A DNA stretch of 64,000 nucleotides from Mobula hypostoma. Taxonomy: Eukaryota. Location: positions 14,262,001-14,326,000 of the forward strand of contig NC_086118.1 of the NCBI RefSeq assembly GCF_963921235.1, given 5' to 3'. Each line of letters begins with the position of its first letter. The stretch's first letter is position 1. This document shows, piece by piece, positions 1 to 12,272 of the stretch. The translations under genes and the position numbers were made by a program. Below the pieces are notes generated by a model. That model was not told the origin of the DNA. It ran no database searches and worked only from the letters and a program-made list of their open reading frames with translations.

Positions 1-68
1 ATATCAAAGCTGAGAGAAAATGAATTTACAAAGCATTAACTGACAGTCTAAAGTAAAATTATATGGCT

Positions 69-545
69 GTTCAAAGTAAATTTTTGTTATCAAAGTACAT
101 ATATGTCGACATATACAACTCCCAGATTCTTTTTGTTGTGGGCATACTCAGTAAATCTATAGAATAATAACCATAAGAAAATCAATGAAAGGCCGTCCAA
201 GTGGGTCATTGAACCAGAGTGCAGTTTACAACAAGTTCTACAAATACAAAAAGTAATAATAATAATAATAATATATAAACAAACAATAAATAGAGAAAAT
301 GAGAGGAGGAATCCTTGAAAGTGAGTCTATTGGTTGTGGGACCATTTCAATGATGGGGCAAATGAAGTTGAGTGAAGTTATCTCCCATAATGAACTGGGG
401 CCATATCCACTCCTTTTTGCGGGATTTCCCGTTCAAAGGCATTGGTATTTCCATACCAGGCTGTGATGCAGCCAGTCAGTATACTCTCCACTACACACCT
501 GTAGAAGTTTGTTGAAGTTTTAGATATTATGCCAAAACTTTTTAA
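69..545 (-). mobile_element. Rex1/Babar-type LINE, degraded 3' fragment
   Basis: Parallels the minus-strand Rex1 3' end at 36252-36900 (ccataccaggctgtgatgcagccagtcagtatactctccactacacacctgtagaagttt; minus strand reads NFYRCVVESILTGCITAWYG). Confidence 0.7.
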
Positions 546-1253
546 AAATTGATGAGGATTTCTTAATGCTGCTTTTTGTCCGCTATCATCTTATAATGTA
601 CAAAATTCAGATTAAAGAGAATCCTATCAATCTGTTTTTCTTCTGTTTATGTAGTCCATTATAAACAACGTTGAACGATTTTGCTATATACAGATGTCAT
701 GAAGTCTTACCCATGAGGAATCTGGACCGGGAACTTCCTGGCTCTGTTTCTCTTCCACCGGTATCATTTCCTTAATATATTATTTGTATGTTATAAGGTC
801 AGGAAGAGGTGCAGCACCATTTATTTATTTATTGGTAATAGTTGCACCAGAAGTTCACAATATATGATCTATTATTAACACAGAGCTCTCCATGGAATTC
901 ACTGCTGTGAAAGACATGAAAGTTGCACGATAAAAAAGTTCCCACTTGCAATATTGTTTTGAATGTAGAAAATAATTTCCTGTCATTTATTTCTATAGAA
1001 TTTTCTTGCCACCTGCTCCAATCTAATCATGCTTCTGTAAATTATCATTTCACAGTCCCTCAGTGTGAAACCCAGTGGCTGCTGCAGATTATATGGACGT
1101 AGTCGTAATCAAGATACTGCTTTGGAGGTGGAGATAGATAAAGAGGGGATGTTCCCATGGAGAATCATGGCCAAGACAGTCAAGGAATGGTCACTTTAAC
1201 AGTACTGAGCCCTTCTTCCATGTCAGTGCAGTAAAATGAATGAAGGAGCAGTG

Positions 1254-3315
1254 TAAGACCAGAAGACGTAGGAGTAGAATTATTCCAGTTGGCCCATCGA
1301 GTCTGCATCATTCAATCATGGCTGATCCTTTTCTCCCCTCCTCAGCCCCACTCCCCTGCCTTCTCCCCGTAACATTTCATGCCATGTCCAGTCAAGAACC
1401 TATCAATCTCTGCCTTACATACACCCAATGACCTGGCCTCCACAGCAGCCTGTGGTAACAAATTCCACAAATTCACCACCCTCTGGCTAAAGAAATTTCT
1501 ACACATCTGTTTTAAATGGTCGCCCCTCTATCCTGAAGCTGTGCCCTCTTGTCCTACACTCCTCCATCATGGGAAACATTCTTTCTGCATCTACCCTGTC
1601 TAGTCCTTTCAACATTTGAAAGGTTTCAATGAGATCCCTCCTTCTAACTTCCAGTGAGTACAGACCCAGAGTCATGAAATGTTCCTCATATGATAACCCT
1701 GTCATTCCCTGAATCATCCTTGTGAACCTCCTCTGAACTCTCTCCAATGCCAGCACATCTTTTCTTTGATGAGGAGCCCAAAACTGTTCACAGTACTCAA
1801 GGTGAGACCTCACCGGTGCCTTATAAAGCCTCAGCATCACATACCTGCTCTTGTATCCTAGAACTCTTGAAATAAATGCTAACATTGCATTTGCCTTCCT
1901 CACTAGTGACTCAGCCTGCAAGGTAGCCTTTAGCAAATTCTGAACAAGGAATCCCAAATCCCTTTGCCTCTCATATTTTTGGATTTTCTTCCCGTTTATA
2001 AAATAGTCTGCACATTTATTTCTACTACCAAAGCGCTTGACCATGCACTTTCCAACATTGTATTAAATTTACCATTTTCTTGCCCTTTATCCTAATCTGT
2101 TTTAAGTCTAATGCAACCTACCCGGTTCCTCCACACTACCCGTCCCTTCACTAATCCTCATATCACCTGCAAACTTGGCAACAAAGCCATTTATTCTATC
2201 ATCTAAATCATTGATATACAGCATAAAAAGAAGCCAACATTGACCCTTGCAGTTCACCACTAGTCACCGACAGGCAACGGAAAAGGATCTTTTTATTCCC
2301 ATTCGTTGCCTCCTATCAATCAGCCAATGCTCTAACCATGCCAGTAACTTTCCTGTAATACCATGGGCTCTTAACTTGGTAAGCAGCCTCATGTGTGGCA
2401 CTATAACATCTTCACAACCACTGAGGTCAGGCTAACTAATTTCCTTTCTGCTGCCTTCTTTCTTAAAGATCGGAGTGACATTTGCAATTTTCCAGGCCTC
2501 TGGCACCGTGCCAAAGTCGAATGATTCTTGAAAGACCATTACTAAAGCTTCCACAATCTCTACCACTCCTCTTTCAGAACCCTAGAGTGCAGTTCATCTG
2601 GTCCAGGTGGCTTAGGTGCCTTTAGCTCTTTCAGCTTTTGAGCAGCTTCTCCCTTATAATAGTAACTGCACTCACTTCTCTTCCCTCATACCCTTCAACA
2701 TTTGGCACAGTGCTCATGTCTTCCACAGAGAAGACTGATGCAAAATACTTATTTGTTTCTTCTGGCATCTCCTTGTCCCTTGTTATTATTTCTTTTGTCT
2801 CATTTTCTAGCAGACCTATATCTACTTTCTTATTTTTTTACATACTTGAAAAAGCTTTTAATATCCACTTTGATATTGTTTGCTACCTTGCTTTCATATT
2901 TCATCTGTTCCCTCTTAATGATTCTTTCAGTTGCTCTCAATAGGTTGTAAAAGCTTCCCGATCCTCTTCCTGTTTTTTCTCTTTGTTGTATACCCTCTCT
3001 TTTGCTTTTACATTAACTTTGCCTTCCCTTGTCAACCACGGTTGCACTATTTTGCCATTTTAGTATTTCTTTATTTTTGGAATACATCTATTCTGCACCT
3101 TCCTCATTTCTCAGAAACTCACACCATTGCTACTCTGCTGTCATCCCTGCCTGCATCTCTTTCCAGTTTACTTTGGGCAACTCGTCTCTCATACCACTGT
3201 AGTTTCCTTTACTCCACTGAAATTCTGCTATGTCAGACTTTACTTTCTCCCTATCAAATTTCAAGTTGAACTCAATCATACTGTGATTACTGCTTCCTAG
3301 GGTTCTTTTACCTTC
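1254..3315 (-). mobile_element. CR1 LINE, 5'-truncated, degraded
   Basis: ORF 1499-2044 has CR1 RT C-terminal motifs (RDLG...KANAMLAFI...HLEYC.QFWAP...LERVQRRFTRMI). Upstream it is collinear with the younger CR1 at 59497-62100. Tail remnant taagaccagaagac. Confidence 0.92.
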
Positions 3316-3975
3316 GTGGAAGGCGGGGTTTGTACTATCTTTTAAACGGCAGATAAGGTATGATAATGCTTCCATAAACCAAGGGTGTGTCAAGAAATGT
3401 AGAGTACAAAAGTAGAGCAGTGGAGATGATTTAGCAGTAAACAATATTTTACCAATAAACTGAAAAATAACGTGGGTGTCACAATGGCGGGGGCATTGGG
3501 AGCAAGGGTGGACCCAAATGCAAGACACATCTTGTGAGGTTACTTAGATTTAGTTTATTGTTCGATACCAGGAGAGCAAGGCAGGAGCAGGAATAGCGAA
3601 CTGGACAAGGACTCAGGACTACGACTAGGCTGGGAGCAAGGGTCTGGGCTTGGACTCGGAATTGGCTCCCAGAACTAGAGGAGACATGAAGAGGCTAGGG
3701 TATGGACTCCGAGCCCGAGACTGGGCAAGGACCCAGTACCTGGGTCTTGCCTCGGGCTCAGACCCCAGAACCAGGCATGGACATGACATGGGCTAGGGAG
3801 AGGAGGAACATGGAAAACAGAGCCTCGGTCTCGGGAGAGCTGGTTCGTGGAACCATAGACATACACAGAACACAGAGTCGGGACCCCTCCTTGGGTACAG
3901 GACACAGGGCCGGGACTCACACACAGAACAGAGAGCCGGGACCCCTCCTTGGGTACAGGACATAGGGCCGGGACT

Positions 3976-4255
3976 CATGACCCTCCGCGATGCAACGGCA
4001 AGACGGCCTGACTTACTCCATGGAGGCGAGGACAAGACAAGACAAGACATGACTCCCCACGGGGCAACGGCAAGACGGCCTGACTTACCCACGGAGGCGA
4101 GGACAGGACAAGATATGACTCCCCATGGGGCAACGGCAAGACCGCCAGACTTACCCCCAAGGAGGCGAGGACCGGACAAGACAAAATATGACCCCCCGCA
4201 GAGCAATGGCAAGACGGCCTGACTTACCGTAGAGAGGCAAGGACAAGACCAGACA
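3976..4255. repeat. About 60-70 bp minisatellite inside the LTR (about 4 copies)
   Basis: Repeated core gcaacggcaagacggcctgacttacc...ggaggcgaggac. Confidence 0.85.
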
Positions 4256-4422
4256 AGACCAACACGAATGAACATCAGACAGTACCTATCTAGCTCCGGC
4301 GAGGGAACTAGACCGAAGTGCAGACGAGGGCTAGAGGCCAGAGGGGCAGAGAAGGGATTCAGACAAGGGAGTAGGACAGGAATCACAGACCACCAGGGCC
4401 AGGACTGACTCAAAACTGGGAA

Positions 4423-4588
4423 GCCGCCAGGGCCAGGACTTGACTTGGTGCTTGAATGCCGCCAGGGCCAGGACATGACTTGGTGCTTGAATGCCGCCAG
4501 GGACAGGACATGACTTGGTACTTGAATGCCGCCAGGGCCAGGACTTGACTTGGTACTTGAATGCCGCTGGAGCCAGGACTTGACTTGG
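4423..4588. repeat. 35-bp tandem repeat inside the LTR (about 4.7 copies)
   Basis: Unit gccgccagggccaggac(a/t)tgacttggt(g/a)cttgaat. Confidence 0.92.
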
Positions 4589-6800
4589 AGCCTCCAGGTA
4601 GTGGCGAGCACTCGACTCAGCCCGGGAACAGTAGACAGCGGTTCTTGATTCCCTCTGGCAGGTTAACTGACGGACCCACGTCGGTGAGGAAACTTTGCAG
4701 GCTCGCTTTGGCGAGGTAACTGGACAGGGTTGCTCTGGTGAGGAGAGGCGAATTACCGGCACTCGATTCGGCAGAGACTAGGTTTGCTCCGGCCAGATGA
4801 CATCGGCACACCGTACCTTGGATGACTTTACAGACGCTTCCACCCGAACAGCTGAAAGCCGGAGACTATAAACTACCGGTTCAGCCGAGTGTTATTTGCC
4901 TCTAATCACCAAAGTCGAGGGACACAAGAAAACAGGGAATCAATGGTCCGGATCATAACATAAACAAGGTAAATTTAAAGGGACCCCAATCTGGACCATG
5001 ACAATGGGACCACATAACATGAGAAAACAGATACTTAGCACAACAAGGTAAGTGAAGGCTAGGAGCATCTGGTTGAGGCTAGCTGGTTTGACAGGTAAAC
5101 AAGGACTGTGGATAAGAGGTGGGTTTAAATAGGTTGCAGGTGATGAGTGGCACGTGACTCCTGTTAGTTCTGTGGAGACTAGATCTGTGCTTGTGCAAGC
5201 CTGACAGGATTCCCCACTCCTTACTACCAGCACTTGAACCCCAGGCCCAAATGGGTCAGGTGGAACTTCTCAATGAACAATGGATCCAAGGTGAAACTGG
5301 ACAGCACCCAAGATCTCTCTTCCAATCTATAAACTTCCCAGTCGCCCAAGTCTACGTCCTATCCATAATGATGTGAATCCATCAATTGGAGAACCATGTA
5401 CACTGTTCTAGAGGTGCAGGCTCAGGTGGGTTGGGTGGACCATAGGCAACTGGCTTGAGGCAGGACACGTTGAATGTAGGTGTGATCCTGTGGGAAAGTG
5501 GCAGCTGTAGACTGTAAGTAACTGGATTAACATGATGGTAATCTTGAAGGGACCGATGAAGCAGGGCGAGAGCTTGTGGGATTGGTGCACAGGTGCAGAT
5601 CTTGAGTGGATAGCGAGACACACTCCCGAGGCCAAAGTAGTCTAGCTGTGTGCCAATGGCAGTTAGTCTGGCAGTAGTAGGGGCAGTTTGCAGCTAGGGT
5701 GGCTCTCCTTGCTCTCTTCCAAACATTCCAGCATTGGTGAACAAGGCCCTAAAGGATGGGATCTCCACCCCAGGGAATAATGGGGCTTGGTAGCCACAAA
5801 GGACTTCAAAGGGTGACATACCTGTGGTAGAGGTGTGGATTGTGGGACAGTCCAATCCAGAGAAGATACTTCTTCCATGTGGAAGGGTTGGAGGCAGTGA
5901 AACATCACAGAAACTTCTCCACTTGCTGATTGGCTCCTTCTGATTGACCATTGGTCTGCAGATGATAGCCAGAGGACAAAGTCACTGAAGTGTGGAGGAG
6001 GAAACAAAGCTCACCTGAAGACAGAGGCGTATTGTGGGCCCCGGTCCAATACAATGTCCTGAGGGAAACCATGGAAGTGAAGTACATGTTGGAGAACTAG
6101 GTCTTCCATCTCAGAAGCTTGGGGAGGGCAATGAAGTGGGCCACCTTGGAGAACTGGTCCACCACTATCATGATTACCATGGCCCCACCAGAGGGTGGCA
6201 AAGCTGTGATGAAATCCAAAGCGATGTGGGACCCTGGACTTTGGGGACCAGTAGGAGCCTCTGGTTGGAGATTTAGACTAGGCACATTGAGGAGAGGCAG
6301 CAATGAACTGACATACATCTGCTATTAAGGTGGGCAAGAAGAACCAGCATTGCAGAAGATCCAGAGTCAGTCGTGCACCTGGATGGCCAGAGAGTGGTGA
6401 GAAGTGGACCCACTGCAATGCCATGGTGCGCACGGCTGCTGGCACGTACACGCAGTCGTTAGGTGTGTCAGCTGCAGCAGGCTTGTCCTGTAGGGCCTGG
6501 CAGATTTGGTTCTCAGGATTCTAGATGGTTGGGGCGAATCTCTGCAAGGATGGAGTGATGGGATGAGTGCGGATCTCCATTTCAGCTGGGTCTGCCTTAA
6601 GTGTTCTTGGAGCCAGGTCGGTAGGAAATGATGAAGTAGAATTGATAAAAGTAGAGGGCCCAGCGAGCCCAATGTGGGTAGAGTTGTCAGGTCTGCTGAA
6701 TGGATGTGAGGTTCTGGTGGTCAATCCAGATCAGGAAGTGTTATATCTTGTAACTCCAAAACATTCAACTAATTCTAAGGAAAACAAGTCAGCTGAGAGA

Positions 6801-7059
6801 TGTATGATTTAGTTCGTTCTTTAATGAGGCATGTGTGTATCATGTGGTGGAGTCATGATGTAAGCAATTTACATATTTTACATAGTGCATAACCCATAAT
6901 GAATTATTTAAATAAACAAGAATGCTTAAACAATATATATACACATACAATATTGCTGAAATATTAAATACACAAACTCCTCCCTGTTTTAACTATAAAC
7001 TTCAATTCAATACAGAAGGCATCTCAACTGTATACACAGTATACCATATAATACAATGA

Positions 7060-7060
<1 letters not shown>
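6801..7060 (-). mobile_element. Short Gypsy-type 3' LTR with PPT (second family)
   Basis: Minus strand has purine run aaaacagggaggag followed by an about 175-bp AT-rich LTR-like segment with ATTAAA, ending ...aatcataca. Layout resembles the Gypsy 3' end near 52120-52352. Confidence 0.5.

Positions 7061-7061
<1 letters not shown>

Positions 7062-7148
<87 letters not shown>
7062..7148. repeat. (CA)n microsatellite, about 43 units
   Basis: Direct observation; contiguous with the cacacacaa end of a Penelope pLTR arm. Confidence 0.99.
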
Positions 7149-7150
<2 letters not shown>

Positions 7151-7337
7151 GTTGGGGGAGCTCAGCAGGCCAGTCAGCATCTTCGGAAAAGAGCCAACAG
7201 TCCTGATGAAGGGTCTTGGCCCGAAATGTCAACTGTGTACTCTTTTCCAAAGGTGCTGCCTGGCCTGCTGAGTTCCTCCAGTATTTTGTGTGTGTTGCTT
7301 TGGATTTCCAACAACTGCAGATTTTCTTCTCATGTTT
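7141..7337 (+). mobile_element. Penelope pLTR-derived hairpin element
   Basis: Left arm (7141-7202) is the reverse complement of right arm 7231-7294. The right arm continues into the pLTR tail ggatttccaacaactgcagattttctt. Confidence 0.85.
7197..7236 (+). ncRNA. Minimal type I hammerhead ribozyme (core intact, stem I/III partly decayed)
   Basis: ACAGUC-CUGAUGA-AGGGUCUUGGCCC-GAAA-U-GUC/AACUGU; predicted cleavage after 7230. Confidence 0.75.
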
Positions 7338-8236
7338 CTGGTATTGAAAAATAAATCATCTTTTGTCTTGGATATTGCCCATGATAGGATATCTGTAGCC
7401 TCCGTGCCCCCACCCCACCCCCCAGGGTACAGAATTCAAAATGTTCAAAGGTTAAAACTCCACTCATCTCAGTCCTAAATTGCAAATACCCTCTCCAACC
7501 AGGGCACGCATTCTTTGGCATCTACTGTGAAGTACTTAAGAATGTGTGTTTTAACTTGCACCTTTTAAAGCCTTGCAGACAAAAGTGAACAGTAAATCTA
7601 GCAAAAGTTAAGTCTTCATTAACAAAAGAATGGCATTAACAAGTGTGACATAGATGTATGGGTTCCTCTGTTGGTGTTTTGCATGTTCTGCAATATAGAT
7701 ATGGCACTGTAGCAACTCAGAGTTAGACAGACATACTGTCCCCCACCTCTTCACACCCTTGAGTAGCTGGTGGCACAATTGCAAACAGCTTCTCAAAGGG
7801 ACAGACTTCTATACAAGCAAAATGCTTCCAGCCATGCAATGATGCGAGTGCTCTAGGGACTTGGAGTGATCAGGGATGTCTGGTAATGTAATTCTCACAT
7901 GAGATGTGGACACTAGGTGACTACTGCAGAGCGTCCAGAGCTGAAACAAACCACTCCTGGGAAACTTCAAGGAGGCCTGCAATGATACATCCAGTATCTT
8001 CTAAATGTAGCTTCCACTATAGAATGATACTGCAGAGGCTGTTTGCCACAACATGCACCTTTTGAAAGAACTGATCAATTAATTCCAGTCTACAAGAAAA
8101 TCAAATAATTGAAGAATCACTTGAGACCCAAAGCTGGAGAGAACCTGTGTGTGTTCCAGTCAACTACTCTACAAAGAAAACATCTTCAAACTTTTCCTTT
8201 TCCTCCCAGTTTATTACAAATGGATATTAACAATTG

Positions 8237-9582
8237 TGTTGCAAGGGGCACTGGTAGCAGACCCAAATGCAAGACACAGACACTGAAGTACCAGGAACAG
8301 GACTAGGTTTGTCAAGAAAGCAAGGGAAGAAACAATGCTGGGCCTAGACACAGGCCCTGGACAAGACAAGGACACCGGGCCTAGGCTAAGACTAGGAAAG
8401 TGGGACCTGGACGAGGAACTTGGAACTAGGAGCCTGGACTAGGACTCCGAGCCAGAGACTGGACAGGGACCCGAAACATGGGTCTTGACCCGGGCTCGGA
8501 ACCCGGATCCAGGCAAGGACTCGGGACTAGGAACAGACTAGATATTAGATAGTACTGGGAATATGAAGCCTTGACTGGGGCTAGACTAGGTACTTGGACG
8601 TGGCTTGGACTAGATTGTGAAGACATGTAGTCCCCTTTTATTGTCATTTAGTAATGCATGCATTAAGAAATTATACATTATTTCCTCCGGTGTGATATCA
8701 CAAAACACAGGACAAACCAAGACTGAAAAAACTGACAAAACCACATAATTATACATATAGTTACAAACAGTGAAACAATACCATAACTTGATGAAGAAAG
8801 TCCGTGAGCACAGTAAAGTTCAAAGTTCCTCAGGTAGACGAGGCTCTTGGACTCGGCTTGGACTAGACGAGGCACTTGGACGTGGCTTGGACTAGACGAG
8901 GCACTCCAGGGCAGGACGAGGCTCTTGGACTCAGCTTGGTTAGACTCTTGGGTACCCAGCCGGGGCCCTTTCTAGGACGCAGGGCGGAGATCCTTTCACA
9001 GGGGTGGGACCCTTTCTAGGACGCACAGCCGGGATGACTGCCAAGGATACTTGCCAAGGGAACTGCCAGGGTAAACTGTCAGGGATTCGGATGGGGACAA
9101 TCCAGCACAGGACGAGAAACTCCAGCACAGGACGAGAACACAAAGCCTTGACTTGGACAGGACTGGAACACAGCGCCTGGAACTTGGAACACAGGAACAC
9201 AGAGCCAGGACTCCTCCTTAAGAACAGGACGTAGGGCCGAGACTCTTCTAGACTCAGAACATGAGAACACAAAGGGACAGTTCCAAAGTCAATAATAGAT
9301 TGTTCCTTATCTTGATGCGACAAGGCTCGTCTCTCTCCAGCGGGTTCACTTGACGGGGAATTCTGGCAAGGTAGCAGGTGAGGATTCAGAAGGAAGGGGA
9401 AAGGAACAGTCCAGCAAGGAGTCCTTGGTTTGCCGAAGTATTTATGTGCCAGCCCAAAACGAGAATCAGGTGCCTCAATTAAAGCACCCAATTGAATAAG
9501 GGAAAACAGGAAAACCCGGAATAATGAATCGATGGACCCGACCGTGAACTGGAATGCGGAATTCACGGACCGGACCATGACA
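8237..9582 (-). mobile_element. Solo LTR, family A copy 2 (contains a LINE 3'UTR-like insert at about 8620-8832)
   Basis: TG...TGACA termini; TSD aattg/aactg; shared terminal motifs; minus-strand TATA-like CATAAATA near 9440. Internal repeats ggcttggactagacgaggc differ from copy 1. Confidence 0.8.
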
Positions 9583-11104
9583 AACTGATTATGTTCATTA
9601 TATGCATACCCAAGCAGATGCTTTACGAATATTGAAATGATTTAGCCATCTTATGGACAAATGATAGCTCTGTGTCATCCTATGATGCAAGCCAGACACC
9701 CTGTTCACTATTTCTGAACAAGAGCAAGAACTGTTTTGTCTGGCCTTGTACATCCAGCTCAACCTGCCTTATTGCCAGTAGGGGGCCTGGCTGTTTATTT
9801 CTGTCCATGAGACTACAGAAATGGAATAAGGTCAAATTCCACAAACTTAGTCCTTTATCCATATCATGACAATGCTCTCCATTTTTGCAACGTCTACTTA
9901 TGCATTGGTAATTGACTAACTGTAGGATTGATGTTTTCACTTTCACCACTTCTAACACAATTCCCTTTAACTCAATTGTACTGAGCATCAATACTTTCCC
10001 ATTTCAGACTGTAGTGTCTTTTCAGCTGCATTAAGGCATAATGTACACCAGATAAGTCAAAAAGTTAAGAACAAATAGAAAATGTTGGAAACATTAAATA
10101 GATCAGGCAGCATCTAGATAAAGAGAGTTAAAGATTCTAATTAAAACCCATTGTTAGAAAAAAGTAACACTTTACAGTACCCCCCCCGCCCCCGGGGTAG
10201 CAGGTGAATATTCTGTGTCCCCCTTAAACTAACATGGAATCTGGTTCCCAGGCTCCCTGTGACTGATGAGGCTCTGTTTCCTGCACTCTATCTAAACATA
10301 TCAGGTTCACAAGAAAACTTATTATAAGACTGTCTGGTATGGCTGTTATTTATTCAGATGTGTCAATTATTTAAGATTGTCTAATGTCTTTAAACAGAAA
10401 TATGAAATAAAAGTAAGTTACAGTATTAATGGGAATAGCGTTCAATACAGAATAAATCCCCATAAGAAATTCTGGCAGTCCAGCACCATCAAAGTCCCAA
10501 GAATATTGTTTTTTTATTGTCATTACAAGGATTTATTGTGGCTTAAAACCTCTGCTACAGGCTGACCGTGTCATTCATTGTTACACAGATACTAAGCACA
10601 GTGCATGATTGCCCACTCCAGGAGATTCACAGTACTTGCAAGAGCAATACAGAGGTTAATATAAATACATGGAGATTTCTAAGCAACAAATTTAAGGATT
10701 TCATCCCTTATGTTATTTCTGGATTTTTATATTTAAATCTTTCTGACTTGCCAAACTCAGTGGTGGGGAACTAATTCTTTGCACATGCACTCCCGAAGGT
10801 CAGCCATCTCTGTATCTCCCTATTATCTTTTAATAAATGTCAGCTCATAATCTGAAGCAGCAAATTTTTGATTAAACTATAAATATACCAGGATTTCTGG
10901 CTCCAAAAGGTTAATGGAAACAGGAAAGAACATGTAATGCATTCTCATGAGAAAATATCAAGTTCAATTCTGCTCTTCTGAGAGAGAGATGTTGAAGCTG
11001 TCACCATAATCTCTCTGGCACCAGAGGGTGCCAGACTTCAGACAAAACTTACACTTAGAACAATAAATTACTTAAAAGGGTGTAAATATTACTTATGCAG
11101 ATGT

Positions 11105-11270
11105 GCAGCAAGGGGTACTGCCCCATCATTAAGGAGCCCCACCACACAGAACATCAAGGAGGATGTACATGAGTCTACCGACAAACTATCAACATTTTAG
11201 GAAAAGTTTCTTCCCCTTTGCTGTGAGAGTCACGATTCATGAACCCCTTGAACACTACCTCACTATATTA
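11105..11270 (+). mobile_element. Rex1/Babar LINE 3' fragment, degraded
   Basis: Remnant of the IIKDPHHP...FRKSFFPFAVR C-terminus, as in the Rex1 copies at 21953-23146 and 47565-48278. Confidence 0.6.
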
Positions 11271-11271
11271 C

Positions 11272-11782
11272 ATACAAGACCAGAACCATGTCACTTAGCT
11301 CATCAAGTCCACTCCACCACTCCACCCATTATCCCCCTCAACCCTACTCGTCTGCCTTCTCCTCATACCCTTCGATGCCCTGACTAATCAAGAACCTATG
11401 AACTTCTGCTTTAAATATACCCAATTACTTGGCCTCTGCAGCCATCTTTAGCAATGAATTCCACAGATTCACTATCCTCTTGCTAAAGAAATTCCTCCTC
11501 AGCTCTGTTCCAATTGGATGTCCTTCTGTACTGAGGCTGTGCCCTCTGGTTGTAGACACCCCTACAACAGGAAACATCCTCCTCACATCCACTCTGTCTA
11601 AGCATTTCAATATTTAATAAGTTTCAAGGAGATCACCCTCATTCTTCCAAATTCCTGTGATTTCAAGCCCAGAGCCATCAAATACTCCTCATACCTTCAC
11701 CCTTTAGTCCTGAAATCATTCTCATGAACATCCTCTGGATTCTCTCCAATGCCAACATACCTTTTCTTAGGTAAGTGGCCCA
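11272..11782 (-). mobile_element. CR1 LINE 3' fragment
   Basis: ORF 11425-11610 reads LDRVDVRRMFPVVGVSTTRGHSL...RRNFFSKRIVNLWNSL. Confidence 0.85.
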
Positions 11783-12174
11783 AACTTAGTTTGTCACATA
11801 CCACATCAAATGTGGTCACAGGAATAGGAGATCAATCAACATTTAGGATATTTGTGTACTCAGAGAGTCAGCCCTCACAGTGTATTTTGGGTGACGGGAA
11901 TCTCTGTCCCAGAAGCTTTTTGACCATCTGTGCAAATTACTTTGTCCCTGCAAAGGTATTTGAAAAATGTCACTTGCAAATAATGTCAACTAATAAGAAA
12001 ACAGAATAAATGTTTGAAAACATTGGGGTGGTTAGAAATGTCAAGGAGAATAACAGAAAGCTGAGGTGACAGAAAGAAAACTAGAATTCCTTCGTCAGCC
12101 TTTGGTTTTTGCAATGGACAACTGTTGGTGTGTTCTTTTAGTTTGTAACAATTGTACCTGAGTTAGGAAATCCT

Positions 12175-12229
12175 CTTCCTATAGATGCTGCAGGGCCTGC
12201 TGCATTCACCAGCATTTTTTGTGTGTGTT
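12175..12229 (+). mobile_element. 55-bp Penelope pLTR 3' fragment with 13-bp TSD
   Basis: gttaggaaatcct at 12162-12174 and 12230-12242 flanks cttcctatagatgctgc...gtgtgtgtt. Confidence 0.85.
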
Positions 12230-12272
12230 GTTAGGAAATCCTTTGCAGTTTATAAATCTGTTGGAATTTGGA

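Larger units (their letters stand above)
3477..5003 (-). mobile_element. Solo LTR, family A copy 1 (1527 bp, internal minisatellites)
   Basis: TGTCA...TGACA termini; 5-bp TSD gtggg/atggg (one mismatch). Shares end motifs ggacccaaatgcaagacac and ggaccatgaca with 8237-9582 and 45122-46584. Minus-strand AATAAA at 3554-3559. Confidence 0.85.
3388..6730 (-). mobile_element. Gypsy/Ty3 chromovirus-like LTR retrotransposon remnant: pol fragment plus 3' LTR (LTR 3388-5206, split by a nested solo LTR)
   Basis: Integrase motifs [15 protein letters not shown]...[16 protein letters not shown] (6097-6318), SSGYHLQTNGQSE and KLSPCFIGPFKI. Chromodomain-like remnant at about 5230-5400. Minus-strand PPT GGAGTGGGGAATCC at 5207-5220 abuts the LTR, whose termini are TGTCA (3388) and TGACA (5206). 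Confidence 0.8.

Noticed and set aside
711..770. Minus-strand exon candidate before a GTAAG donor
   Set aside because: Acceptor lacks a polypyrimidine tract; peptide not recognised.
4423..4588. 35-bp repeats of CRISPR-like length
   Set aside because: Head-to-tail with no unique spacers, located inside an LTR in vertebrate DNA, no cas genes.
3793..4611. 272-aa ORF (also 8940-9578 and 45626-45931)
   Set aside because: Translations of LTR minisatellites; no domain recognised.
6184..6200. CTCF-like CCACCAGAGGGTGGCA
   Set aside because: Falls in Gypsy integrase codons (LPPSGG); likely coincidental.
7002..7271. CV/TH-repeat ORFs
   Set aside because: (CA)n translation.
10263..10290. ctgatgag as another hammerhead (also near 37049)
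   Set aside because: No stem II-GAAA-NUH arrangement follows.
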